Shown here piece after piece: positions 10,306 through 20,483 of a stretch of DNA of 64,000 nt (positions within the stretch are counted from its first letter, which is position 1; every line of letters begins with the position of its first letter). The translations under genes were made by a program, and so were the position numbers. The DNA lies in contig QCRF01000005.1 of assembly GCA_003209375.1 (NCBI GenBank), forward strand, positions 5,601 to 69,600, given 5' to 3'. Source of the DNA: Prochlorococcus sp. AG-459-N19. GTDB lineage: Bacteria > Cyanobacteriota > Cyanobacteriia > PCC-6307 > Cyanobiaceae. Under the pieces are notes generated by a model. The model worked only from the letters and a program-made list of their open reading frames with translations, did no database searches and was not told where the DNA came from.

Positions 10306-11442
10306 ATGAATCTTTCAAAAAAATTTGAACAACTTATTATTAAACAGCTAGAGAGTTTTGGTTGTTCAATGGGCGTGACTAATTTAGTTATGTATCTTGC
10401 TTCAGCTAAGCAAGGAACTAAAGCATCTTTTGAAATGATTGGGCAATGGCCACAAATTGATAGGTTACTTACATCACTAGAAGATGATCCTTCACTAAAA
10501 GTTTCATCGCCTAATAGAAGATGGTACCCGCTTCAAGAAAACGATATTCTACTTGGTGTCCTTAGGGTAGAAACTGATTTGAAAGAGGGAAATTGGCCAG
10601 TATCTCTTGATTCTAGATTAAAAGCGCTTTCAATATCTTTAGCCAAATGCGTCTCTATCGAATTAGAACGTCAAAATAAAAATGAAGAAATCAATTATTT
10701 AAAAAATCAGGTCAATGTCATAATCCATCAATTAAGAAATCCATTGGCCGCTATTAGGACATATGCAAAATTACTAATAAAAAGACTTGGTTCAGATGAT
10801 GATTCTATAGAAATAGTCGAACGCATGATAATAGAGCAAAAACAAATTAATCAATACATGGATTCTTTTGCGCAATTAAATTCCCCTATTCAACTTCCTT
10901 TGGAAATTGGAGAGGAGAGATTATTATTACCACCAAATTTAGATAATAAAAAGGTAATAACTGTTCAGAGTTTATTGAGGCCAATATTAGAAAGGGGTAA
11001 AGCTAATGCGGACTTAGAGAATAGAGATTGGACTGAACCTTCTCTTTGGCCAGATTGGACTATTTCGCCATTAAAGGCAAAATATGCTGTAATTGCTGAA
11101 ATTGTTGCCAATTTATTAGAAAATGCGTTCAAATATGCCAAAAAAGATGCTGAAATTGGACTCGCAATTACGAGTAATGGACTTTGTGTATTTGATGATG
11201 GTAAAAAAATAACCAAAAATGAAAACGAGAAAATTTTTGAAAAAGGTTTTAGAGGATCTGCCGCTAAAAAGAAGGACGGCACTGGTGTGGGACTTTTTTT
11301 GGCGAGGAAATTAGCAAAACAAATTGGAGGAGATTTGAGATTGCTGGAAAATAACTCCAATGATAATACTGAGAAATCAAAAAATCTTAAGAAGAAAAAT
11401 ATTTTTTATTTAGAACTACCTATAAAAGAATTGCATGCATAA
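10306..11442 (+). CDS. Sensor histidine kinase (Hik2-like, reduced GAF-like N-terminus)
   Basis: H-box HQLRNPL, N-box NLLENAFKY, DDG, IFEKGFRG, GTGVGLFLA; no TM helices; no adjacent response regulator. Confidence 0.88.
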   Translation: MNLSKKFEQLIIKQLESFGCSMGVTNLVMYLASAKQGTKASFEMIGQWPQIDRLLTSLEDDPSLKVSSPNRRWYPLQENDILLGVLRVETDLKEGNWPVSLDSRLKALSISLAKCVSIELERQNKNEEINYLKNQVNVIIHQLRNPLAAIRTYAKLLIKRLGSDDDSIEIVERMIIEQKQINQYMDSFAQLNSPIQLPLEIGEERLLLPPNLDNKKVITVQSLLRPILERGKANADLENRDWTEPSLWPDWTISPLKAKYAVIAEIVANLLENAFKYAKKDAEIGLAITSNGLCVFDDGKKITKNENEKIFEKGFRGSAAKKKDGTGVGLFLARKLAKQIGGDLRLLENNSNDNTEKSKNLKKKNIFYLELPIKELHA

Positions 11443-12160
11443 ACAACATCGCAGTTTCAACAAGCACAACACTTGCACCGCAGGCATCTCCATTGAAGCC
11501 TCCAATTTTATTACCCAGTATGTTTGGAATATAATAGCTTAGAAAAATACCAATCAAAATAAGAATTAAAAATTTAATTAATATTGCTTGGGATGTAATT
11601 GAAATAAATTGGTAGGCTATGAAAATTAAAAGAAAAATAATGGAGATCAAACATTCTTTTTTAAATCCATTCCAAAACTTTTTGTGACTAATAGATTTTT
11701 TCTTATAACTAATGTATTTAAACTTTTCTATAAAAAATAAATTTGAAAATCTTCCCCAAAATAAGCATATAGGTAAAACAAAAATTATTAGGTTTTGAAT
11801 TTTCAGTATGCAAGCAATTTGAATTAAAGTTATAAAAACTAAAGCTTGAACGCCAAAGGAACCAACTTTACTGTCTTTCATGGCTTTTAAACGTCTCTTT
11901 TTACCTGCAAAAATACCATCGAAAGTATCCATTAAACCATCGAGGTGTAGGCCGCCAGTAATTAAATATCCCGAAGCCAAACAAATTAATGCAGATGCAT
12001 AAATTGACCAAGAGTTTGTTCTTAAAAAAAGAAAAATATAACTCTGTATTGTTCCAATAAGAAAACCTAAAGGCGGCGCAAATTGTGCAATATTTTTAAA
12101 TTCGGGATTAATTAAAGGTATCTTTGGAAATGTCGTATAGAAAATCCAAGAGCCTGCCAA
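11420..12160 (-). CDS. cobS: Adenosylcobinamide-GDP ribazoletransferase (cobalamin synthase)
   Basis: TGGLHLDGLMDTFDG, AMKDSKVGSFG, GGFNGDACGA. Confidence 0.94.
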   Translation of the reverse strand: MAGSWIFYTTFPKIPLINPEFKNIAQFAPPLGFLIGTIQSYIFLFLRTNSWSIYASALICLASGYLITGGLHLDGLMDTFDGIFAGKKRRLKAMKDSKVGSFGVQALVFITLIQIACILKIQNLIIFVLPICLFWGRFSNLFFIEKFKYISYKKKSISHKKFWNGFKKECLISIIFLLIFIAYQFISITSQAILIKFLILILIGIFLSYYIPNILGNKIGGFNGDACGASVVLVETAMLFMHAILL

Positions 12161-12258
12161 ATTTTTTATTAAATATTTTTTGATGAGATAAAAATAGATT
12201 CAATATTAGATAATAGGTTAGATTATTGAAAAAGGATCAAAAAATTTTATAAATTATC

Positions 12259-13377
12259 GTGTTTGAATTTGAAATTACATCGAATTGCAGTAAAACAGCT
12301 GCAAGAACTGGTATATTTCATACACCAAATGGTGAGGTAAATACACCAAAATTTATGCCTGTGGGTACTTTGGCAACTGTTAAAGGAATTTCATCTAAGC
12401 AGTTAAACTCTACAGGATCAGAAATGATTCTCTCAAATACCTTTCATCTTCATTTACAACCTGGAGAAAAATTAATTAAAGAATCTGGCGGAATACATAA
12501 GTTCATGAATTGGCCTAAGCCTATTCTTACTGATTCAGGAGGATATCAAGTTTTTAGTTTGGCTAAATTAAATAATATTTCTGATAAAGGAGTGAATTTT
12601 AAAAATCCAAGAGATGGTAGTCATGTATTTTTATCACCTGAAAAAGTGATACAGATTCAAATGGATCTTGGATCGGATGTTGCAATGGCTTTTGATCATT
12701 GTCCTCCGCATACAGCTAACGAAAATGATATTGAGGACTCTTTAAAAAGAACTCATTCATGGTTGCAAAAATGTGTTGAGACTCATCAGAAATCTAATCA
12801 AGCATTATTCGGTATAGTTCAAGGTGGTAAGTATCCGAAATTGAGAGAATATAGCGCAAAATATACAAGTTCTTTTGATCTACCTGGAATAGCAGTGGGA
12901 GGTGTAAGTGTTGGCGAGGCAGTGGAAGAAATACATAGCGTAATAAATTACGTCCCTAAATTCTTACCAATAAATAAACCAAGATATTTAATGGGAATTG
13001 GCTCTTTAAGAGAAATTTCTTTAGCTGTTGCAAATGGATTCGATATATTTGACTGTGTTTTGCCTACAAGACTAGGAAGACATGGGACTGCATTTTTTAA
13101 TGATGAAAGATTAAATTTGCGAAATGCTCGATTTAAAAATGACTTTTCTCCAATTGATAAAACTTGTAAATGCGAAACCTGTAAATCTTATTCTCGAGCA
13201 TATTTGCATCATCTAATTAGAAATGAAGAAATATTAGGCCTAACTCTCATAAGTTTGCATAATATTGCTCACTTAATAAGATTTACCAATGCAATTTCTA
13301 CTGCAATTAGAGATAATTGTTTTACAAATGATTTCGCTCCTTGGAAAACATCCTCTAATGCTCACCATACGTGGTAA
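12259..13377 (+). CDS. tgt: Queuine tRNA-ribosyltransferase
   Basis: [43 protein letters not shown], CxCxxC...H zinc site. Confidence 0.97.
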   Translation: MFEFEITSNCSKTAARTGIFHTPNGEVNTPKFMPVGTLATVKGISSKQLNSTGSEMILSNTFHLHLQPGEKLIKESGGIHKFMNWPKPILTDSGGYQVFSLAKLNNISDKGVNFKNPRDGSHVFLSPEKVIQIQMDLGSDVAMAFDHCPPHTANENDIEDSLKRTHSWLQKCVETHQKSNQALFGIVQGGKYPKLREYSAKYTSSFDLPGIAVGGVSVGEAVEEIHSVINYVPKFLPINKPRYLMGIGSLREISLAVANGFDIFDCVLPTRLGRHGTAFFNDERLNLRNARFKNDFSPIDKTCKCETCKSYSRAYLHHLIRNEEILGLTLISLHNIAHLIRFTNAISTAIRDNCFTNDFAPWKTSSNAHHTW

Positions 13378-13410
13378 CGTCTTATCATAATTAATCAAAT
13401 TATCAAAAAG

Positions 13411-13551
13411 GTGCTCATTCTATTTAATACATTCGCTGAATTGCCCGAGGCCTATAAGGCCTTTGCTCCAACTGTTGATGTTCTTCCACTGATTCCTTTA
13501 TTTTTCTTTTTGTTAGTGTTTGTTTGGCAAGCTGCAGTTGGATTTAAATAA
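13411..13551 (+). CDS. psbK: Photosystem II protein K
   Basis: Manual translation (GTG start): [46 protein letters not shown]. Confidence 0.95.
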
Positions 13552-13577
13552 AATTCTTTTAGTTTAGATTGTTACTA

Positions 13578-14582
13578 TTAGACGGGATTTTCAAGTAAAA
13601 TCGCATCTCCAGAATTTTCTACAGCACTCTCTATAAAATCAGCAATTTTTAATGCTCTTGAGGCTTGCTCACCATCTACCTCAGGTATTTCTTTGCCCTG
13701 AACGCACTTAAGAAAATGTTCCAGTTCTGCATAAAGAGGTTCAATGGAGGTTGTGCTAACTTCTTCGACATATCCATCATTTCTATAAACTAATTCTCCA
13801 TGCTCTGCTGTGTATGATTCATGAGACTTTCGATGGATTTGTAAAGAGTGATTTAAGAAATCAGTTTCTACTAGGCCATTTTGGCAGTGAGCACTTAAAC
13901 TTCTAATTTTTTTGTGACTCATTTTGCTTGCAGTTAGACTTGCAATAACATTATTTTTAAAAACTAAAGTAGCATTGACATAATCTATTAATCCTTCACT
14001 ATTTCTTCCTCCAACTGCTGCTAATTTTTGAATTTTTGAGTTTACAAGCTCCAAAATAAGATCAATGTCATGGATCATTAAATCCATTACTACAGATACA
14101 TCATTTGCTCTATCTGCATGAGGACTATGCCTCCTTGCTTCTAAAACAACAATTTCTTCATTATTTACTATTTTATTTAATTCTCTAAAAGCAGGATTAA
14201 ATCTTTCAATATGCCCAACTTGTAACAGACAGTTACTTGCATTAGCAGCCTCTATTAAAGATTTTGCTTCCAACTCGTTAGCTGCAATTGGTTTTTCAAT
14301 GAGAACATTAGCACCTCCCTTGAGACAATCTAGTCCTACTTTTTGATGAAGTAGTGTAGGGACAGCGATACAGATAGCATCAACTTTTGGAATTAGGTCC
14401 TCATAATCCTTGAACCATTCACATTGAAATTGCTCAATAGCTAATTTACCTCTCTCCTCATTTGGATCTGCGACTCCAATGAGATTTGCATCTTTGAGTA
14501 AACTTAGTACTCGAGCATGATGCCAGCCCATATTTCCTATACCTATGACTCCAACCTTTACGGGTGATGAGGTTGGTTGCAT
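13578..14582 (-). CDS. Gfo/Idh/MocA family oxidoreductase
   Basis: VGVIGIGNMG, VLIEKP, GHIERFNP, DLMIHDID. Confidence 0.92.
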   Translation of the reverse strand: MQPTSSPVKVGVIGIGNMGWHHARVLSLLKDANLIGVADPNEERGKLAIEQFQCEWFKDYEDLIPKVDAICIAVPTLLHQKVGLDCLKGGANVLIEKPIAANELEAKSLIEAANASNCLLQVGHIERFNPAFRELNKIVNNEEIVVLEARRHSPHADRANDVSVVMDLMIHDIDLILELVNSKIQKLAAVGGRNSEGLIDYVNATLVFKNNVIASLTASKMSHKKIRSLSAHCQNGLVETDFLNHSLQIHRKSHESYTAEHGELVYRNDGYVEEVSTTSIEPLYAELEHFLKCVQGKEIPEVDGEQASRALKIADFIESAVENSGDAILLENPV

Positions 14583-14632
14583 AATTTCAAATCCATATAT
14601 TAAATATTATTATCCTCTATGGGGAGTCACAT

Positions 14633-15901
14633 TTAGCTTTTGGGAAGGATTATTTTAACACGATCAATTTTTGGACCTGACATAGAAATAACTTCAAATT
14701 TAATGTTATTAAAATCTAAAACGTCGCCAATTTTTGGGACCATTTGAAATTTATCTAACATAAACCCAGCAAGAGTATGATAATCAGTACCTTCTGGAAT
14801 AGAACATCCTATCTTTTTATTGATTTCAACTATTTCTGATTTTCCAGCTATTGACCATTTTTTAGAGAAATTATCTAACATTCTCATATCTGAATAAATT
14901 CTATTATTGAGCATTTCCTCTCCAACTATTTCCCCATTTAGATCGGCTGCAGTTATAAGTCCTTCTGTTCCACCGTGTTCATCAACTACTAGTAAGAAAG
15001 GATTGTAGTCTCTTACTATTGGAAATATTTCTGCAAGTGAACATGTTTCTATTATTTTTGTTACTGGTAAAAGGAATGGCTCTAATAATGTATCAGCTTC
15101 CATTTCACCTTTTGATATTGGCTTAGCTAGATAACGTAAATCTAATACACCTAATACATCATCTAAAGATTCACCAATCACAAAGAAGCGAGCATGTCGA
15201 GTTTTATCTACTTGTTTCATAAGTTCTGAAAAGGTTATATTTTTTGGCAAAGTTACCATTTCAGATCTTGGAATCATTACCTCTTTGACCTGTGTATCTT
15301 TTAAAGCAAAAACTCCTTCAAGAATATTCTTCTCATCTGGTTTTAAACCTGTTACGTTATCTGTTTCTATAAGAGTTTCTAATTCTCCAGCAGATAAACC
15401 TGAGTTTAAAGAATCCCATTTGTTATTTAAATTGAACAAGCCTAAACAGGCGCTAGCAAAGAATTCTATTGTTTTCACTATAGGATTCATAGCTTTTCTC
15501 ACGGCATCGAATATTGTTGTTAACCTTAATGCAGCAGATTCTGGATTGTTAATTACTAAAGCTTTTGGAATTAGTCCAGAAACAAGAGTAACTACTAAAA
15601 CAATAAATAAAAATAATATAAGATCATAAAATCTATTTGATAAAATATTGCTTTTCCAATAATCATTAGCCAGGTTATTACTGACCCATCCAATTGCAAT
15701 TAATGAAATTGTTACTCCAAATTGAGAAGCAATTAGTGAAGATCTAAAGCGTTTCTGAATTTTTAAAATTGAAAATGCTCCTTTCTTTTTTTCTTCTATT
15801 AACCTTAAAACTTTACTTGGCCTTATTAATAAAAAAGAGAGTTCACTCGCTGCGAAAAAAGCTGGTAGAAATAAAAGAAATAAAAGTAGAGTTATTTTCA
15901 T
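14633..15901 (-). CDS. CNNM/CBS/CorC hemolysin-family membrane protein
   Basis: N-terminal TMs (FFAASE), VKEVMIPRSEM, VVDEHGGTEGL, YHTLAGF, C-terminal CorC-like domain. Confidence 0.9.
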   Translation of the reverse strand: MKITLLLFLLFLPAFFAASELSFLLIRPSKVLRLIEEKKKGAFSILKIQKRFRSSLIASQFGVTISLIAIGWVSNNLANDYWKSNILSNRFYDLILFLFIVLVVTLVSGLIPKALVINNPESAALRLTTIFDAVRKAMNPIVKTIEFFASACLGLFNLNNKWDSLNSGLSAGELETLIETDNVTGLKPDEKNILEGVFALKDTQVKEVMIPRSEMVTLPKNITFSELMKQVDKTRHARFFVIGESLDDVLGVLDLRYLAKPISKGEMEADTLLEPFLLPVTKIIETCSLAEIFPIVRDYNPFLLVVDEHGGTEGLITAADLNGEIVGEEMLNNRIYSDMRMLDNFSKKWSIAGKSEIVEINKKIGCSIPEGTDYHTLAGFMLDKFQMVPKIGDVLDFNNIKFEVISMSGPKIDRVKIILPKS

Positions 15902-15919
15902 TCAATGACAAATGAATAA

Positions 15920-15992
15920 TGGGGGTGGCGAGGATCGAACTCGCCTTAGCCAAATTATGAGTTTGGTGCATTCACCAGATTGCTACACCCCC
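15920..15992 (-). tRNA. tRNA with CAT anticodon (probably tRNA-Ile2, otherwise Met)
   Basis: GGGGGTGTAGCAATCTGGTGAATGCACCAAACTCATAATTTGGCTAAGGCGAGTTCGATCCTCGCCACCCCCA; paired G1-C72 and no GGG/CCC anticodon stem, so not initiator. Confidence 0.9.
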
Positions 15993-16133
15993 AAGGAAAT
16001 TTATGTAATTTTAATTACATTGAATTTCAATATACAATATAAAAATAATATTTCAAAAAACACCTCCTTTGGAAGTTTTTGTGAGATTTCTTTTTTTTCT
16101 TCTAATCTTTAAATATAAATTTAACTTTTACTA

Positions 16134-16694
16134 ATGGGCAAATTTTCGGATAAGTATGATTTAAATAAAGCAAAATTGTTAAAACAATTAATTGAAAAAT
16201 CTTACAAGAAAGGAAACTTTACTTTATCTTCAGGAAAAAAAAGCAGTCATTACTTGAACTGTAAACCAGTGTCATTAAATGGCGAAGGCTTAAATTTAAT
16301 AAGTGATTTATTTTTAGAGTTAAAGGACTCGAGGTCAAAAGCTGTAGCAGGATTGACATTAGGTGCAGACCCTATAGTAAGTGGATTAATTATTAAAGCA
16401 ACTTTTCATGGCCTAAACCTTGATGGTTTAATAATTCGGAAAGAAATCAAAAAATACGGTACCAAAGCAGGAATAGAGGGTCCTACCTTAGAAGAAGGAA
16501 CTTTGGTAACTGTATTAGAGGATGTCGTTACAACTGCTGGTTCAGTTATCAAAGCTATAAAAAAGTTACGCGAAAATAATTATCTTGTTGAAGAAGTTTT
16601 GTCTATAGTTGATAGGCAAGAAGGGGGATTAGAAGCCCTTGAAGATGAAAATGTTAAATTAAAGAGTCTTTTTACGATAAAAGACTTTTTATAA
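16134..16694 (+). CDS. pyrE: Orotate phosphoribosyltransferase
   Basis: [40 protein letters not shown] motif. Confidence 0.96.
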   Translation: MGKFSDKYDLNKAKLLKQLIEKSYKKGNFTLSSGKKSSHYLNCKPVSLNGEGLNLISDLFLELKDSRSKAVAGLTLGADPIVSGLIIKATFHGLNLDGLIIRKEIKKYGTKAGIEGPTLEEGTLVTVLEDVVTTAGSVIKAIKKLRENNYLVEEVLSIVDRQEGGLEALEDENVKLKSLFTIKDFL

Positions 16695-16704
16695 TTGTTT
16701 CAAA

Positions 16705-17541
16705 ATGCATGACATAAAAAAAAAGTTTTGGCTTGAAAAATTTGATTGTTTTTCTATTACTGGAAAAGATGCCAGAAAATTTTTGAATGGAATAACAACT
16801 GGTAATATTCTTAATTCAGAGAATAAAGTTATCAAAACTTGTTGGTTAACTCCAAATGGAGCTCTAAGGTCATTAATTGAAATTACTTTTTTAGAAAAAA
16901 ACTTAGAAGTAATTATCTTGGCGGGTAACACTAATGAAATAATTGATTACTTTAATCAAATAATTTTTCCAGCGGACGATGTACTTCTAAGTGAACCTTT
17001 CTTGATAAATAGAATTCAGGAAATTGATGAATCTAATTCATGGAGAACTTACCAGCCTATTTTCTTCAAAATAGAAGATAAAGAATTTGAAATATATAAA
17101 AATAAACTAAATTTACTAAATCCCAATGATTTAAAACTTTGGAAGATTAATCAGGCAATACCATCATTAGAAATGGAAATAAACGGAAAAAATAATCCTC
17201 TTGAGCTTGGATTACAAGATCTTATAGATTTTAATAAAGGTTGTTATTTAGGACAAGAAACAATGTCAAAAATAAAAAATGTTTCTTCTTTAAAACAGGA
17301 AATAAGAATCTGGAAATCTTTTGAATCTGATTTGAATTTAGACGTTGAAGATAAAAATTTATATATTAATTCTGCCAAGGATATTTCTGTAGGCAGAATC
17401 ACTAGTTTTTTCAAATCAGATTCTCAAATAAAAGGTTTAGCGATGATAAAAAGAAAATATTTAGAGGATGGAAATTATTTTTTTTCAGAAATTTTTGGAA
17501 AAATTATTATTTATAAATCTGTAGGATCAATTTTTCTTTAA
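16705..17541 (+). CDS. ygfZ: Folate-binding Fe-S repair protein YgfZ
   Basis: Signature KGCYLGQE; N-terminal G.DARKFLNG. Confidence 0.9.
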   Translation: MHDIKKKFWLEKFDCFSITGKDARKFLNGITTGNILNSENKVIKTCWLTPNGALRSLIEITFLEKNLEVIILAGNTNEIIDYFNQIIFPADDVLLSEPFLINRIQEIDESNSWRTYQPIFFKIEDKEFEIYKNKLNLLNPNDLKLWKINQAIPSLEMEINGKNNPLELGLQDLIDFNKGCYLGQETMSKIKNVSSLKQEIRIWKSFESDLNLDVEDKNLYINSAKDISVGRITSFFKSDSQIKGLAMIKRKYLEDGNYFFSEIFGKIIIYKSVGSIFL

Positions 17542-18945
17542 TTGATTTTTGATTAAAAATTCAGCAATTTGTAGAGTAGCCAGACAATCATCTTTGTTAT
17601 ATTGGATAATTTTTTTTAAAAATATTTCGTTTTCTGTAATTTGATATTGAATCCACCAATAAAGCGCTTTCGAGCCACTTACATTTTTTTGCATCCACTG
17701 AAATCCAAGCCAATTAGAAACAGTTTTTAAGCCATAGTTTTTTAGTGGCAATATCCAAGACTTTCTTATTAAGGTATGTAAGTCTATAAATCTTGAGGCA
17801 AGTAATTCAATTTCTTCAAAACTAAAATTTAGGTTTTTAGCAATATTAATTATTGCTATCTTTTCAGTTTCTCCGTAATGTAAAACTGGCCATTTCTTCT
17901 GTGAAAAAAGTATTTCAATAATTTTCCCGTAAGATTCTCCTTTGTTGTTTTTGAGATTAAAAATTGGTTTATAAATAAGATCTTCTTTTTTTGTAAACAA
18001 ATTATTTATTTTTAAAAAACCATATAAAAAGTCATGCTTATAATCTGGATTTGACTCAATATCAAATATATAAAATCCTGAATATATTTTTTCGAGTAGA
18101 TCGTTAGTATTATTTTTATTGGAAATGCGATAGGGTTTCCCAGAAATATAAGCTTGTGCTTGCTTTACAAATAGGGACGCTTTTTCATGCTTTTGATCTT
18201 TGAATTTAGATAATTTCTCTCCAAGTTGCTTTTTGCTGTAGGAAGCTAATGTTTGGGTATCAGTTATTCCATTTGTTATGAGTAAAGATGCCGTTTTGGA
18301 TCCTATTCCATCAATATCTGTTAGAGATCCATTTTCTTTTGCTTCTTTGTCACAAAATTTTTGCCATGAACAAATAGTACATTTTTTTCTATCTTGAGTT
18401 ATTTCTGGTATAAATCCCTCCAAGCATTCATTCAAACTTAATAAAACATTCAACACTTTTTTTCTTAATTTTTTATTTAAATAAATTTCTTCAACATTAA
18501 CTTTTTTATCAAAACTTGAAATTACTAATCCTTTCTCAATTTTAGATTCTTGAAAAGATTCCAACAGCATAGAACTAAAAGCTAAGTCGAATAAGTGCTC
18601 TTTAGTGGTTCTGTGGCCTAACTTATAAACAGCAGGCAAATATTTATATTGTCCCCATTTACTTTTACCTTTAGTCTTTACAAGTAATTGTGGACGTATC
18701 TCTGCGTTAATATTTTGGAAAAGATTCCCTTCGATTTTTAATCCAATCACCCCTTGATAACCATTTTCACAGGCTTTTAATCCTGAATATATTTCACTAT
18801 TACAAAATTCAGAGAAAATTTGAAACTGATTAACTTTATCTATAGCTTTATGAGGAGACCAAACTTCAGAAGATTTTTTACCCTTGAAATCTAGCCATGC
18901 TTTTCTTTTGCATCTAGTAAAACTTTTTAAATGAAGAGAATTCAA
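17527..18945 (-). CDS. TM0106-family RecB-like putative nuclease (Fe-S staple, HhH, RNase H-like DEDD domain)
   Basis: RCKRKAWL, CTICSWQKFC, IDGIGSKTA, FDIES, FIDL, YGLK, YNKDDC. Confidence 0.85.
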   Translation of the reverse strand: MNSLHLKSFTRCKRKAWLDFKGKKSSEVWSPHKAIDKVNQFQIFSEFCNSEIYSGLKACENGYQGVIGLKIEGNLFQNINAEIRPQLLVKTKGKSKWGQYKYLPAVYKLGHRTTKEHLFDLAFSSMLLESFQESKIEKGLVISSFDKKVNVEEIYLNKKLRKKVLNVLLSLNECLEGFIPEITQDRKKCTICSWQKFCDKEAKENGSLTDIDGIGSKTASLLITNGITDTQTLASYSKKQLGEKLSKFKDQKHEKASLFVKQAQAYISGKPYRISNKNNTNDLLEKIYSGFYIFDIESNPDYKHDFLYGFLKINNLFTKKEDLIYKPIFNLKNNKGESYGKIIEILFSQKKWPVLHYGETEKIAIINIAKNLNFSFEEIELLASRFIDLHTLIRKSWILPLKNYGLKTVSNWLGFQWMQKNVSGSKALYWWIQYQITENEIFLKKIIQYNKDDCLATLQIAEFLIKNQLKKN

Positions 18946-19026
18946 ATTATTTTTTAAAGGCGGTTTTAAAATTTACTCATATAAATTAGTATAGATAATT
19001 AGAAGAAATCAAGGAAATTTTTAAAT

Positions 19027-20481
19027 TTGACAGCTGATAAATTAGATAATATAAAATTTGGAACTGATGGGTGGAGAGGTATTATTGGATTTGATTTTAA
19101 TTTATCCAATCTTTCAAGAGTTGTAGTTGCTGCATGCCAGGAGTTGCATTATCAGTATTATAAAGAAATTAATTCAAAGAAAATTATTATTGGATATGAT
19201 CGTAGATTTATGGCATGTGAATTTGCAAAGCAAATAGTGCCTTTTGTAAGAGGATGTGGTTTCGAACCGATCTTATCTGATAGCTTTGTTACGACACCAT
19301 CTTGTAGTTTCTATGCCAAAGAAGTCGGTTGTCTTGGAGCGTTAGTAATTACAGCAAGTCATAATCCATATAATTGGCTAGGTTTGAAAATCAAGAGCTT
19401 TAATGGATGTTCTGTTGATGAATCTTTTACAAGTGAAGTTGAAAAAAGATTAATGCTTGGAAATTCAATTGAAAAAGTAGATGGTGTCAATCAATTGGTA
19501 GATATTAAGAAATTTCATTTAGATAGAATTAAATCCCTTTTTGATATTGACTTTATTTCCAATAGATTGAAAAAAATGAAATTGAGAATTTTTGTAGATT
19601 CTATGCATGGTTCAGCTGCAAATTGTTTGGCTGAGATTTTTGCTCCTAATGATTTAGAAGTTATTTCAGAAATCAGGAAAGATGCTGATCCTTTTTTTGG
19701 AGGAAAACCTCCTGAACCTCTTTTAAATTATGCAGATGATTTAAATCTAATACTAATGAAAAATTCAACAAATGATGAGAAAACTCTAGGCATTATATTT
19801 GATGGTGATGGTGATAGAATTGCAGTAATTGATGAAAAAGGGAGATATTCTAGTACTCAAGGTTTACTCCCATACTTTATTAACTATTTGGGCGAAATTA
19901 AAAATAATTCTTATCCAGTTTTAAAGACTGTTAGTGGTTCAGATATTATTAAAAATATATCAGAGAGTCAAAATAGAGATGTTTTTGAACTTCCAGTTGG
20001 CTTTAAATATATTGCTGAAAAAATGATTAAAGAGAAAATATTTATTGGAGGAGAGGAATCTGGGGGAGTTGGTTTTGGTGACTTTATGCCTGAAAGAGAT
20101 GCTCTATATGCAGCGATGGTTTTATTAAATGGAATTGCTGAAAAATCGCAATATTTATATGAAACCTTAGATAAAATTCAAGAAGATTTTGGGCCTAGTT
20201 TTTATAAAAGAATTGATATTAAATTTCCAAATGAGTCAGAAAAAAATAACATAAAAGAATTTATCATAAATAATATTCCTGAAAATATTAATAATCACAA
20301 GTTAAAAAGTATCTCAAAGATTGATGGAATAAAATTGAGAATTGATAAAAATTTTTGGCTTCTTTTTAGGTTTTCAGGAACGGAACCTCTTTTAAGGTTA
20401 TATTGTGAAGCACCAAAAGAATCTTATTTAGATGAGTTATTAGAATGGGGGCAAGTATTTATAAATTTTGCAAGAAAATAA
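19027..20481 (+). CDS. Phosphoglucomutase/phosphomannomutase family protein
   Basis: FGTDGWRG, TASHNP, FDGDGDR, GGEESGG, RFSGTEP. Confidence 0.94.
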   Translation: MTADKLDNIKFGTDGWRGIIGFDFNLSNLSRVVVAACQELHYQYYKEINSKKIIIGYDRRFMACEFAKQIVPFVRGCGFEPILSDSFVTTPSCSFYAKEVGCLGALVITASHNPYNWLGLKIKSFNGCSVDESFTSEVEKRLMLGNSIEKVDGVNQLVDIKKFHLDRIKSLFDIDFISNRLKKMKLRIFVDSMHGSAANCLAEIFAPNDLEVISEIRKDADPFFGGKPPEPLLNYADDLNLILMKNSTNDEKTLGIIFDGDGDRIAVIDEKGRYSSTQGLLPYFINYLGEIKNNSYPVLKTVSGSDIIKNISESQNRDVFELPVGFKYIAEKMIKEKIFIGGEESGGVGFGDFMPERDALYAAMVLLNGIAEKSQYLYETLDKIQEDFGPSFYKRIDIKFPNESEKNNIKEFIINNIPENINNHKLKSISKIDGIKLRIDKNFWLLFRFSGTEPLLRLYCEAPKESYLDELLEWGQVFINFARK

Positions 20482-20483
20482 GG

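Noticed and set aside
10965-11360. Antisense or alternate-frame ORFs (also 95-277, 1617-1940, 8630-8956, 15285-15629, 24727-25080, 29745-29927, 52460-52735, 57259-57612 and similar)
   Set aside because: They lie within or largely overlap well-supported genes and show no recognisable motifs; typical shadow ORFs.
15912-16112. 66-aa plus-strand ORF
   Set aside because: It is the antisense reading of the CAT tRNA plus AT-rich spacer.
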